From Rhodospirillales bacterium (GTDB taxonomy: Bacteria; Pseudomonadota; Alphaproteobacteria; Rhodospirillales; JASLLV01), in NCBI GenBank assembly GCA_030746935.1, contig JASLLV010000001.1, forward strand, positions 1 to 45,450: 45,450 nt of DNA. Reading direction: 5' to 3'. Below, piece by piece: positions 1-9,512 of this stretch. Positions within the stretch are counted from its first letter, which is position 1, and each line of letters starts with the position of its first letter. Under the pieces are notes generated by a model. It made no database searches. It was not told the origin of the DNA and saw only the letters and a program-made list of their open reading frames with translations. The position numbers and the translations under genes were made by a program.

Positions 1-59
1 GTGATGTCCTCCTTGAACAGGATCATCATCATCGGCAAAAATGCTGAACAGAAAATTAA

Positions 60-680
60 TGGGTCCTGACCCTAGTCATCGCCGCCAGCTTCACCTTCCT
101 TGCCGAACAAGGCGCCCAGCCCGAGGCCTTCGGCAGCATTCCCGCCGCCATCTGGTGGGCCGTCATCACCATGACCACGGTGGGCTACGGCGACGTCGTA
201 CCCGTCACCGTGCTCGGCAAGATCCTCAGCGCAGTGCTCGGCGTCATCGGCGTCGGCATGGTGGCTCTACCGGCCGGCTTGCTCGCGTCTGGCTTCATGG
301 GCGCCGTACGGCGGCGCCGGATCGAATACGAAGGCGAGGTTGCCAAGGCGCTCAAGGACGGCGTGCTCACCCAAGACGAGATACAGATCCTCGCGCGATC
401 GCGCGAGACCCTTGGCGTCGGCAACGAAGAGGCCGAGACGGTGCTGCACGAGGTCGCGAGAAGCATTCGCGAACGCGTCGGCGTGTGCCCCCATTGCGGT
501 GAGCCTTTGCACGAACGCCGTGCCGAACCGCGCGCGCCCGAGCCGGCGCCAGGCGAACGGCGGCGAGGACGCAGGGCCGCCGACTGCGGCGAGGCCGAAG
601 CCGCGACCGGCGATGCGCGCTATTTCCGAAGGGGTTCGGACCTCGACAAGGGCGGCGGAGGGCCCCCAGCCTCGTCGTGA
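60..680 (+). pseudogene. K+ channel remnant lacking its 5' part (end of outer helix, pore helix, TVGYGD filter, inner helix, cytoplasmic tail)
   Basis: Frame 3 is open only from nt 60, after an in-frame TAA at 57-59. It reads WVLTLVIAASFTFLAEQGAQPEAFGSIPAAIWWAVITMTTVGYGDVVPVTVLGKILSAVLGVIGVGMVALPAGLL. There is no ATG/GTG/TTG between nt 60 and the ATG at 171, and that ATG lies inside the selectivity filter, so the pore cannot be made from any usable start. The upstream 59 nt are AT-rich and unrelated. Confidence 0.55.
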
Positions 681-704
681 CCGTCGCGCGCTCGTCGGCG
701 CGTC

Positions 705-2531
<1,827 letters not shown>

Positions 2532-2685
2532 CGCCCCCCCTCAGCGCCCGTTTGCCCGGGGCGGACCCGGCGGCGCGGTCGATCCGGCTTGCCCTGCGGT
2601 GATTGATTCTCGCTTTCGCGTGAAATGCACGAAACGGAGCGGCGATGCAAGGAAAACGGACCGTGACGCCGCCATCGTGTGGGCC

Positions 2686-3423
2686 TCAGGCGAAGCGCGC
2701 CCGCGCGTCCCGGGCGAGCGCCGAAAGCGCATCGCGGCAGGCGGCGGCGGCGCTTACCGGAATCGGGAAAGGCAGGCGCGCGTAATTGGGCCCCCGCCGC
2801 AAATCGATCCCTTCTGGATCCACCCCGATCACCCGCCAGCCGTCGCCCTTGCGCCCGAGAAGGGCACGTGCATAGAGCCCGACGAGGTCGGCGTGGTCTT
2901 CGTTCATGTGTTCGATCACACCCGCCTCGCTGGTCGCCATCGCCGCCGGTCCGGGGCCGCCGAGGACGAGATCGCGGCCTTCGATCCACGCGGCCTTCGC
3001 GAACCCGCCCACGTAGCGGGCGCGGCTCACGGTCATGCGGTAAAAGTTGAAGTCCGCGAAGCCGGCGTACGATCGCGCTTCCGGGTGGCGCGCGAGGAAC
3101 CGCCGCGCGTGGCGCTCGTCGCGGGTGGGCTTCACCCGCCCCATCAGGCTCACGCGGGCGCCGGTCTGCGGGTTCTTGAGACCGTTCGCCGCCCCCACCA
3201 ACAATGACGCGCACCGGTTCGCGTGGATGTTACGGGTGTGGTCGGCAAGCTCGGAGAAGAGAAAGATCGGGCTCGCGTCCATGTCCCAGCCAAGCGTGAC
3301 GAGCGAAGCGAACGGAAAGCCAGCACCCTTGCGTCCACTCGCCTCGGTGGCGAGCGCGCCGGCGCGCGCGCCTCGCATCAGCGCCCGCACCGAAGCCGCG
3401 TCGGGCGTGAACGCGCGTCTCAC
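2686..3423 (-). CDS. HugZ/HutZ-like pyridoxamine-5'-phosphate-oxidase-fold protein with a C-terminal DUF2470-like domain (putative haem-binding or haem-degrading)
   Basis: 245 aa. The N-terminal split-barrel-like part reads GALATEASGRKGAGFPFASLVTLGWD...IFLFSELADHTRNI, and the C-terminal part reads VIEHMNEDHADLVGLYARALLG...WRVIGVDPEGIDL. The GTG start at 3421-3423 overlaps the TGA of the upstream CBS gene (GTGA). Confidence 0.6.
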   Translation of the reverse strand: MRRAFTPDAASVRALMRGARAGALATEASGRKGAGFPFASLVTLGWDMDASPIFLFSELADHTRNIHANRCASLLVGAANGLKNPQTGARVSLMGRVKPTRDERHARRFLARHPEARSYAGFADFNFYRMTVSRARYVGGFAKAAWIEGRDLVLGGPGPAAMATSEAGVIEHMNEDHADLVGLYARALLGRKGDGWRVIGVDPEGIDLRRGPNYARLPFPIPVSAAAACRDALSALARDARARFA

Positions 3424-3833
3424 TCCTGGGGCTCGTCGCCGATGTGACGCAACACCATGTCGCGTAGCGTCACGATGCCCACCGGGCGGCGCTCGTTGTC
3501 CAGCACCAGGGCGCGCGTGAGCTGGAACCGCGTCAGCAGGCGGACGGCATATTTGATATCCATCTCGGCGGGCAAGGTCAGGACCGGCTTGGTCATGACC
3601 TCGTAGACGTTGACCCGGTCCGACGAGCGGTCCATTCCGATCACCTCGCGGGCAATATCGGTGACCACCAACAGACCGAACTCGTCCGCCTCGTCGCGGC
3701 GCTCGACCACGAGCGAGCTGACGCGGGCCTCGCGCATGATCGCGACCGCCTCGCGGACGGTGGCGGTGCGGCCGATGGTGCGAACCTCGGGCGTCATGAC
3801 CTCGCGGACATGAATGGGGCCATCGGCGCTCAT
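3420..3833 (-). CDS. Stand-alone CBS-pair protein
   Basis: 137 aa starting at the ATG at 3831-3833 (MSADGPIHVREVMTPEVRTIGRTATVREAVAIMREARVSSLVV...VYEVMTKPVLTLPAEMDIKYAVRLLTRFQLTRALVLD). It contains two CBS motifs. The longer 273-aa ORF in the track is an Arg-rich extension that overlaps the PII-like gene. There is an ATGA overlap with the PII-like gene at 3830-3833. Confidence 0.8.
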   Translation of the reverse strand: MSADGPIHVREVMTPEVRTIGRTATVREAVAIMREARVSSLVVERRDEADEFGLLVVTDIAREVIGMDRSSDRVNVYEVMTKPVLTLPAEMDIKYAVRLLTRFQLTRALVLDNERRPVGIVTLRDMVLRHIGDEPQE

Positions 3834-4180
3834 AGCTGGGCCTCGATTTCTTCGAGCAACGTCGGCGCCTGGGTCTTCAGGCCCTCGGCGTCCTCGATGG
3901 CGAGTTGAAAGGCGATGCCGCTTCCCGGCTCTTCGTCGAACTGTCCCGCCTTGGCAATGGTCTCGAGGATCTCGCGCGCGCGCTGTTGGGCGACGAGGAA
4001 CAAAAGGACGTCCCTTTGCCCCGTCAGGTCCAGCCCAAAAAAGGTCTTGTCCGGCTTCAATCCCTCGCCGCGGCCGCTCGTAATCACGGTCGCCCCGGTG
4101 GCGCCGGCGTCTCGGGCCGCGTCGATGACGGCGTCGGTCTTTTCGTCGGACACGAGCGCCACGATCAGCTTTAGATTCAT
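3830..4180 (-). CDS. PII-like signal-transduction protein (not GlnB/GlnK type)
   Basis: 116 aa: MNLKLIVALVSDEKTDAVIDAARDAGATGATVITSGRGEGLKPDKTFFGLDLTGQRDVLLFLV. Its length and beta-alpha-beta pattern fit the PII fold, with a Gly-rich loop at the T-loop position. There is an ATGA overlap with the upstream DUF1538 gene at 4177-4180. Confidence 0.7.
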   Translation of the reverse strand: MNLKLIVALVSDEKTDAVIDAARDAGATGATVITSGRGEGLKPDKTFFGLDLTGQRDVLLFLVAQQRAREILETIAKAGQFDEEPGSGIAFQLAIEDAEGLKTQAPTLLEEIEAQL

Positions 4181-4962
4181 TGGATCTCCTCCGCGTCATG
4201 CGGTCGGCGCAGGCTGCGGAACACCTCCGACAGCATGGCATACCCCAACACCGAAATAATGGGAAACACGCTTGCGAACGCGATCAGGCCGAACCCGTCG
4301 ATCAACGGGCTGCGGCCCGGGATCGCGGTGGCGAGCCCGAGCCCGAGTGCAGCGACGACGGGCACGGTCACGGTCGAGGTGGTGACGCCCCCGGAATCGT
4401 ACGCCAGGGCGACGATCGTGCGAGGCGCGAAGATGGTCTGGACGATGACGATCGCGTAGCCAGCCATGATGTAGTACGCGAGTGGGGTTCCGGTCACGAT
4501 CCGAAAAGTCCCCAGCGCCACACCGACCGCGACCCCGACCGCGACCGCGATCCGCAAGCCCCAGCCGTGGACGGCGCCACCCGAGACCCCTTCGGCCTTC
4601 AGTCCGACGGCGATCAACGACGGCTCGGCAAGCGTGGTCGCGAACCCGATCGCGGCAGCGAAGACGTAGACCCAGACGAAGCTCCACCACTCGGCGGGAC
4701 CGCCCGCGGGCGCGCCCACCAGATCGCGAGCCGTCAGTTGCGTCGCCATGGCTTCGCCCAACGGGAACAACGCCTTCTCGAGCCCCATCAGGAACAGTAC
4801 CAGCCCTGCCAGCACGCAAACGCAGCCCACCACGGTGCGGCGCAGGTGCGGCGGCGGGCGGCGAATGATCAGGACCTGGAAGGCGACCAGCAGGGCGACG
4901 ATCGGCGCGACGTCGAGAAGGGTCGCGACGCTTGTCTCGAGGGCGTGTCCGAGAGTGGCCAC
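4177..4962 (-). CDS. DUF1538-family polytopic membrane protein (paralogue B)
   Basis: 261 aa and hydrophobic throughout. It has the motifs GLEKALFPLGEA and [46 protein letters not shown]. The GTG start at 4960-4962 lies 9 nt after the stop of paralogue A, with the SD GAGGGG in between. Confidence 0.7.
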   Translation of the reverse strand: MATLGHALETSVATLLDVAPIVALLVAFQVLIIRRPPPHLRRTVVGCVCVLAGLVLFLMGLEKALFPLGEAMATQLTARDLVGAPAGGPAEWWSFVWVYVFAAAIGFATTLAEPSLIAVGLKAEGVSGGAVHGWGLRIAVAVGVAVGVALGTFRIVTGTPLAYYIMAGYAIVIVQTIFAPRTIVALAYDSGGVTTSTVTVPVVAALGLGLATAIPGRSPLIDGFGLIAFASVFPIISVLGYAMLSEVFRSLRRPHDAEEIQ

Positions 4963-4971
4963 CGGCGCCCC

Positions 4972-5727
4972 TCAGACCACCATGCCGAAGACGAGGACGA
5001 ATATCATCGGCGCCAGGCTCGCGAACGCGATCAGTCCAAAGCCGTCGATCATCGGACTTCGCCCGCGGATGGCGCTGGCGAGGCCGACGCCAAGCGCCGT
5101 CACCAGGGGGACCGTAATGGTCGAGGTGGTGACGCCGCCGGAATCGTAGGCGATCCCGACGATTTCGGGCGGCGCAAACGCGGTCAGGGCGATGACGAGT
5201 AGGTATCCGCCGACGATAAGGTAGTGGATCGGCCAGCCCTTGATGATTCGCACCACGCCGACCACCAGGGCGACGCCGACCGCGACCGCGACCGTGAGCC
5301 TGAGCGCCAGCGCATAAGTCCCCTTGGCCTCGCCCGTTCCGGCGATGACACCGGCCTCGCTGGCGGCGGCGGCCTTTGCGGCGACCGCGTTCAGGACCGG
5401 CTCGGCGACCGTAGTGGCGAAGCCGAGCCCGAACGCGAACGTCAGCAACACTGCCAAGCTTCCCTTGCGGGCGAACGCGTTCGCGAGCGCCTCGCCCAAG
5501 GGAAACAATCCCATCTCGAGGCCGTATACGAACAGCGCCAGGCCCAGGACGACGAAGACGACCCCGAGAAGAATCCCGTCCAGGTCCGGCAGCGGCTGGC
5601 GAAACAGCAACGCCTGGAACAAAACCACGACGACGACGATCGGCGTCAGGTCCCGGACCGCGCCTGCCAGCCGGCGAAAAAGGCCTCGAGCGATGGATTC
5701 CATGTGAAACGCAGTCTTTGCGGGCAT
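4972..5727 (-). CDS. DUF1538-family polytopic membrane protein (paralogue A)
   Basis: 251 aa. It has the motifs [12 protein letters not shown] and [46 protein letters not shown], which are clearly paralogous to the next gene. An alternative start is the ATG at 5703 (MESIARG...). Neither start has a good SD. Confidence 0.7.
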   Translation of the reverse strand: MPAKTAFHMESIARGLFRRLAGAVRDLTPIVVVVVLFQALLFRQPLPDLDGILLGVVFVVLGLALFVYGLEMGLFPLGEALANAFARKGSLAVLLTFAFGLGFATTVAEPVLNAVAAKAAAASEAGVIAGTGEAKGTYALALRLTVAVAVGVALVVGVVRIIKGWPIHYLIVGGYLLVIALTAFAPPEIVGIAYDSGGVTTSTITVPLVTALGVGLASAIRGRSPMIDGFGLIAFASLAPMIFVLVFGMVV

Positions 5728-5778
5728 CCGGAGATTGGAGAGGCCCGCCGACGCCCGTGCCGGGCCGATCGGGGCGGC

Positions 5779-6459
5779 TCAGTCCTGTCCCAGTCTCTTG
5801 TACACGTGCCCCCCGAGACCGCCAAGGATCAACCAGAAAAGCGCGGTCGCGACGAGCGAGGCGGCCGCGAACTCGGCCGCGAGCGCGGCCGGCACCGCCG
5901 ACGCTTCGACTTGGACGTGGGGCGCGCCGACGAGATGCGGCGCGGCCACGATCATGGCGCCCAGAAGCCGAAACCCGATCCGGCGCGCAAGAAACAACAA
6001 CCCAAGCCCGGCCGCCGTGCAAACCGCGGTCGCCAGCCACCAGATTTGCCGCTCGAGCACCGGCGCCGATTCGATTCCCGGCAGCTCCGGCGGCAGACCC
6101 AACGCCGGCGCCGCCGAAAACGCGGCGAAACCGCCCAGGCCCCAAAGCAGCCCGCGCCCGAGATCGACGTCGCGCCCGCTAAGCGCGATCGCGCCGAGAA
6201 GCGCCAGTGCGAAGCCGACCCCGAGGGCGATGTCGGCGATCAGCGTTACCATCGCGCGCCGATCGAGCGGGCTTCCGAACGCCTGGCCCTCGGCGCTGGA
6301 ATCGGCAGCGTCATGGGCATGCGCCGCGGCCGCTTGCGCGTGCTCGTAAGTCTCCGCCTCGAGGATCAGAGGAACCACCTTCAGCGTATGGGCGCCCCAG
6401 GTGAAAAACCCGGCGGCCGCGCCCGCGATCAGCGCCGCGCCGACGATACGCCCGAACAC
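5779..6459 (-). CDS. cbtA: Predicted cobalt transporter subunit CbtA
   Basis: 226 aa membrane protein with a His-rich periplasmic segment (YEHAQAAAAHAHDAAD). It lies directly downstream of cbtB and of a cobalamin riboswitch. Confidence 0.75.
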   Translation of the reverse strand: MFGRIVGAALIAGAAAGFFTWGAHTLKVVPLILEAETYEHAQAAAAHAHDAADSSAEGQAFGSPLDRRAMVTLIADIALGVGFALALLGAIALSGRDVDLGRGLLWGLGGFAAFSAAPALGLPPELPGIESAPVLERQIWWLATAVCTAAGLGLLFLARRIGFRLLGAMIVAAPHLVGAPHVQVEASAVPAALAAEFAAASLVATALFWLILGGLGGHVYKRLGQD

Positions 6460-6469
6460 CTAGCACCCC

Positions 6470-6667
6470 CTAGTGACAGGGAAGGGCGAAGGCGTGGCGG
6501 GCGTCGTGGGCCGCGTCGTGAAGGGTCGCGGGCGCCGCGAATCCGGCGACGAAAACGATGAACGTCCCGAGGACGATCGCGAGAATCGGCGGAAATGCGG
6601 CGTATGAGCTGCGCCGCAAGCGATCGGCGGCGGCGGTTGAGCGCTCGCGGCTGGCGGAAAGAATCAT
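6470..6667 (-). CDS. cbtB: Predicted cobalt transporter subunit CbtB
   Basis: Small one-TM protein ending in the His-rich tail HDAAHDARHAFALPCH, which is typical of CbtB. I prefer the ATG at 6665-6667, because GGAGG sits 7 nt upstream of it. The track's start at 6682 lies inside that SD. Confidence 0.75.
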   Translation of the reverse strand: MILSASRERSTAAADRLRRSSYAAFPPILAIVLGTFIVFVAGFAAPATLHDAAHDARHAFALPCH

Positions 6668-6766
6668 GATCTCGGCCTCCATTCAGCAAGACAACGTTCC
6701 TTGTCACCGCGAACGGAAGACCCGCCCCTTGGGAATGCCCCGTCCCGAGGGATCACGATGACCCGT

Positions 6767-6951
6767 GGTGGCCGGTCTCCTGGCTCGCGGCTCGGTGCCG
6801 GCCCGCCGCCTTCCCAACGCCCCGATGGGGCCTCAGTGGCCGCATGACGCACCGGCTCGCCGCCTACAGTTGCGGGGTCAGCCTCGGCTTGAGGGCAAGT
6901 TTCCGCGCCCCTGACCGCGTTCCCGTTTCATCTCCTTCGCGAAGAGCCACC
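6767..6951 (-). promoter_or_regulatory. Cobalamin (B12) riboswitch aptamer; the expression platform continues to about 6683
   Basis: Read on the minus strand: B12 box AGCCAGGAGACCGGCC (6785-6770); GCCACUG (6840-6834); CCCGCAACUGUA; GGGAAGGC; AACGGGAAC. The closing P1 helix pairs GGUGGC (6951-6946) with GCCACC (6772-6767). In the platform, GGUCUUCC can pair with the cbtB SD region GGAGGCC. Confidence 0.85.
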
Positions 6952-6957
6952 GATTTG

Positions 6958-6987
6958 ACTATAATTCGGCCACAATTGCCCCGTCAA
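6958..6987 (-). promoter_or_regulatory. Sigma70-like promoter for the riboswitch/cbtB transcript
   Basis: On the minus strand: TTGACG (6987-6982), an 18-nt spacer, then TATAGT (6963-6958). The -10 element ends about 7 nt before the riboswitch P1 helix. Confidence 0.5.
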
Positions 6988-7076
6988 ACCATCGCGCAAG
7001 CTGGCGGCCCTGACGCGCGGCGGGCGTTGGGGCAGCGGCGCATCCGGGGCGTGAACCGAGGGGCAGGGTTCGCATC

Positions 7077-7778
7077 ATGACGCGTACGATCGCTCTCGTG
7101 GACGACGACCGCAATATCCTCGCCTCCGTTTCCATGGCGCTGCAGGCCGAGGGGTTCGAGGTCTACACCTACTCGGGCGGCGAAGAGGCCCTTGACGGCT
7201 TGGACCGGCGGCCCGCCGACCTCGCCATCCTCGACATCAAGATGCCGCGCATGGACGGGATGGAGCTTTTCAACCGGCTTCGGCGCAAAAGTGCTACGCC
7301 CGTGATCTTCCTAACCTCCAAGGACGACGAGATCGACGAGATGTTGGGGCTCCGCATGGGGGCGGACGACTACATCACCAAGCCCTTTTCCCAGCGTTTG
7401 CTGATTGAGCGGGTCCGCGCCGTTTTGCGCCGCCACGAGCGCGCGCGCCCCGAGGCCGGTGGCGATGGTGACGGCGAGGTCGTCCGCCGCGGCGAGCTGG
7501 TGCTCGATTCCTCGCGCCATCTCTGCACTTGGCGGAATGAGGCCGTCAACCTCACCGTTACCGAGTTCCTGTTGGTCAAGTCGCTCGCCAACCGGCCCGG
7601 CCACGTCAAGAACCGCGACCAGCTGATCGACGCGGCATACGGCGAACAGATCTATGTGGACGACCGCACCATCGACAGCCACATCAAGCGCCTGCGCAAG
7701 AAGTTTCGCGACGTCGACCCCGCGTTTGCGCAGATCGAGACGCTCTACGGCATCGGCTACCGCTATCGCGATGGCTGA
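7077..7778 (+). CDS. chvI: OmpR-family response regulator ChvI
   Basis: 233 aa. It has [25 protein letters not shown]...[57 protein letters not shown]. It is followed by the chvG-like kinase and hprK, as in other alphaproteobacteria. Confidence 0.85.
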   Translation: MTRTIALVDDDRNILASVSMALQAEGFEVYTYSGGEEALDGLDRRPADLAILDIKMPRMDGMELFNRLRRKSATPVIFLTSKDDEIDEMLGLRMGADDYITKPFSQRLLIERVRAVLRRHERARPEAGGDGDGEVVRRGELVLDSSRHLCTWRNEAVNLTVTEFLLVKSLANRPGHVKNRDQLIDAAYGEQIYVDDRTIDSHIKRLRKKFRDVDPAFAQIETLYGIGYRYRDG

Positions 7779-7807
7779 GGCCCGCGGGCACGCCTGAGGG
7801 CGGCGCC

Positions 7808-9436
7808 ATGAACGCCAAGATGCGTCGTCGCCGGCGGGGCCGCGCGGTCTCGCCGATCACGCTGCGCATTCTCGCCGTCAACGTCCTTGCGCTCGCGATC
7901 CTGCTCGCCGGCATCCTCTATCTCGACGAGTACCGGCGCAGCTTGATCGAAAGCGAGCTCGCGGCGCTCGGCGTCCAGGCCGAATTGTTCGCCGCCGCAT
8001 TGGGTGAAGGCGCGATCGACCTGGCGCCGGCGGCGACCGAAGGCGAAGGTACCGAGCGGTTGGCACCCGAGGCCGCGCGCCAGATTCTCAGGCGGATGGC
8101 GGAAACGTCGGGCACTCGGGCCCGGCTTTTCGCCGGTGATGGCGGTTTGCTGGTCGACAGTCGCGAGCTCGCGGCGCCCACGGGCAGCGTCGAGATCGAG
8201 GAGCTTCCGCCGCCCCGGGCAGACACCGGGTTCGCGCACGCCCTTTCCGAGCTGTTCGACCGGGCCGTCAACTGGATTCCCGGCACCGGCGACATGCCAC
8301 CCTATCGGGAAAACGCGCCTCAGGCCGCGAGCGACTACGACGAAGTGGTCCAGGCGCTGGGCGGCGAGGCCGCCGGCGCCGCGCGCAGCGACGCCCGGGC
8401 GGGCATGATCATCAGTGCCTCGGTTCCGGTCCAGCGATACAAACGGGTGCTGGGCGCGTTGATGCTGTCGAAGGATTCGCGCGACATCGAGGCGGCGCTC
8501 TTAGACGTGCGCGTCGGCATTGTCGAGGTGTTTGCGGTCGTCCTCGGCGTGACGGTCCTACTATCGCTCTATCTCGCCGGAACCATCGCGCGGCCGATTC
8601 GGCGCCTCGCTGCCGCCGCCGAAAGGGTCCGCGCCCAGCCCAAACACCGCCATGCGATCCCCGATTTCGCGCACCGCGACGACGAAATCGGCGAGCTGGC
8701 CGACGCACTTCGCGACATGACCGAGGCGCTCTGGCAGCGCATGGACGCGATCGAGCGGTTCGCCGCCGACGTCGCCCACGAGATCAAGAACCCGCTCACC
8801 TCGCTCCGCAGCGCGGTCGAGACCGCGGCGCGCGTGACGGACGCGGACCAGCGCCGGCGCCTGTTCGCCATCATTCTCGACGACGTGCAGCGACTCGACC
8901 GGCTGATCACCGACATCTCGCACGCATCCCGGCTGGACGCCGAGCTGTCGCGCGCCGAGACCGGACCCGTCGACGTCGCCGGAATGCTGGCGACCCTGGT
9001 CGCGGTCCACGGCACCACCATCTGCGAAGGCGCGCCCCGATTGCGCCTCGCGTCCGAGAGCTGCGGAGGCTTCGTTGTCAACGGGATCGAGGGCCGCCTA
9101 GTCCAGGTATTTCGCAACCTGATCGCCAACGCCGACTCGTTCAGCCCGCCCGGTGGCCTCATCACGCTGGACGCGCGCAAGGAATACGGCGCCGTCACCG
9201 TCCGCGTCGAGGACGAGGGCCCAGGCATCCCCGACGGCAAGGAAGACGCGATCTTCGAGCGCTTCTATTCCGAGCGCCCATCGGGCGAGAAGTTCGGTAT
9301 CCACTCCGGTCTCGGGCTTAGCATCTCGAAGCAAATCGTCGCGTCCCACGGCGGCACGCTGACGGCGGAGAACATCCGCGACGATTCGGGGCACGTCCGG
9401 GGCGCCCGGTTCACGGTTCGCCTGCCGACCGATTAG
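7808..9436 (+). CDS. chvG: Sensor histidine kinase ChvG/ExoS/BvrS type
   Basis: 542 aa with two TM segments flanking a periplasmic domain. It has a HAMP domain, an intact H-box FAADVAHEIKNPLTSL, an N box (FRNLIANADSF) and G boxes (DEGPGI, GLGLSI). Confidence 0.8.
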   Translation: MNAKMRRRRRGRAVSPITLRILAVNVLALAILLAGILYLDEYRRSLIESELAALGVQAELFAAALGEGAIDLAPAATEGEGTERLAPEAARQILRRMAETSGTRARLFAGDGGLLVDSRELAAPTGSVEIEELPPPRADTGFAHALSELFDRAVNWIPGTGDMPPYRENAPQAASDYDEVVQALGGEAAGAARSDARAGMIISASVPVQRYKRVLGALMLSKDSRDIEAALLDVRVGIVEVFAVVLGVTVLLSLYLAGTIARPIRRLAAAAERVRAQPKHRHAIPDFAHRDDEIGELADALRDMTEALWQRMDAIERFAADVAHEIKNPLTSLRSAVETAARVTDADQRRRLFAIILDDVQRLDRLITDISHASRLDAELSRAETGPVDVAGMLATLVAVHGTTICEGAPRLRLASESCGGFVVNGIEGRLVQVFRNLIANADSFSPPGGLITLDARKEYGAVTVRVEDEGPGIPDGKEDAIFERFYSERPSGEKFGIHSGLGLSISKQIVASHGGTLTAENIRDDSGHVRGARFTVRLPTD

Positions 9437-9512
9437 GGCGTTCCGCCGGCGCAGCATCCGTGGCCCGCATCGGTTGACAGCCGCCTGGCGTCGTCACAGG
9501 CTTCGCCCCATC

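Noticed and set aside
2590-2625. Imperfect palindrome TTCGCGTGAAATGCACGAA upstream of pck as a regulator site
   Set aside because: Only the outer TTCG/CGAA arms are complementary and the inner bases mismatch. Sequence alone cannot distinguish it from chance.
3834-4241. N-terminal 136-aa extension of the CBS ORF (the track's 273-aa version)
   Set aside because: The extension overlaps the PII-like gene in another frame and is Arg-rich nonsense. The internal ATG at 3833 forms an ATGA junction with the PII-like stop and gives a canonical CBS pair.
4196-6145. A 649-aa minus-strand ORF spanning the DUF1538 genes and cbtA
   Set aside because: It lies out of frame with two clearly paralogous membrane-protein frames and with cbtA. 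Its composition is extremely Arg/Gly-rich, and it crosses two real gene boundaries.
6954-6966. TTGACTATAATT read as a plus-strand promoter for chvI
   Set aside because: The -35-like and -10-like hexamers abut with no spacer. The same bases make sense on the minus strand as the TATAGT -10 of the riboswitch promoter, with a proper TTGACG at 18-nt spacing.
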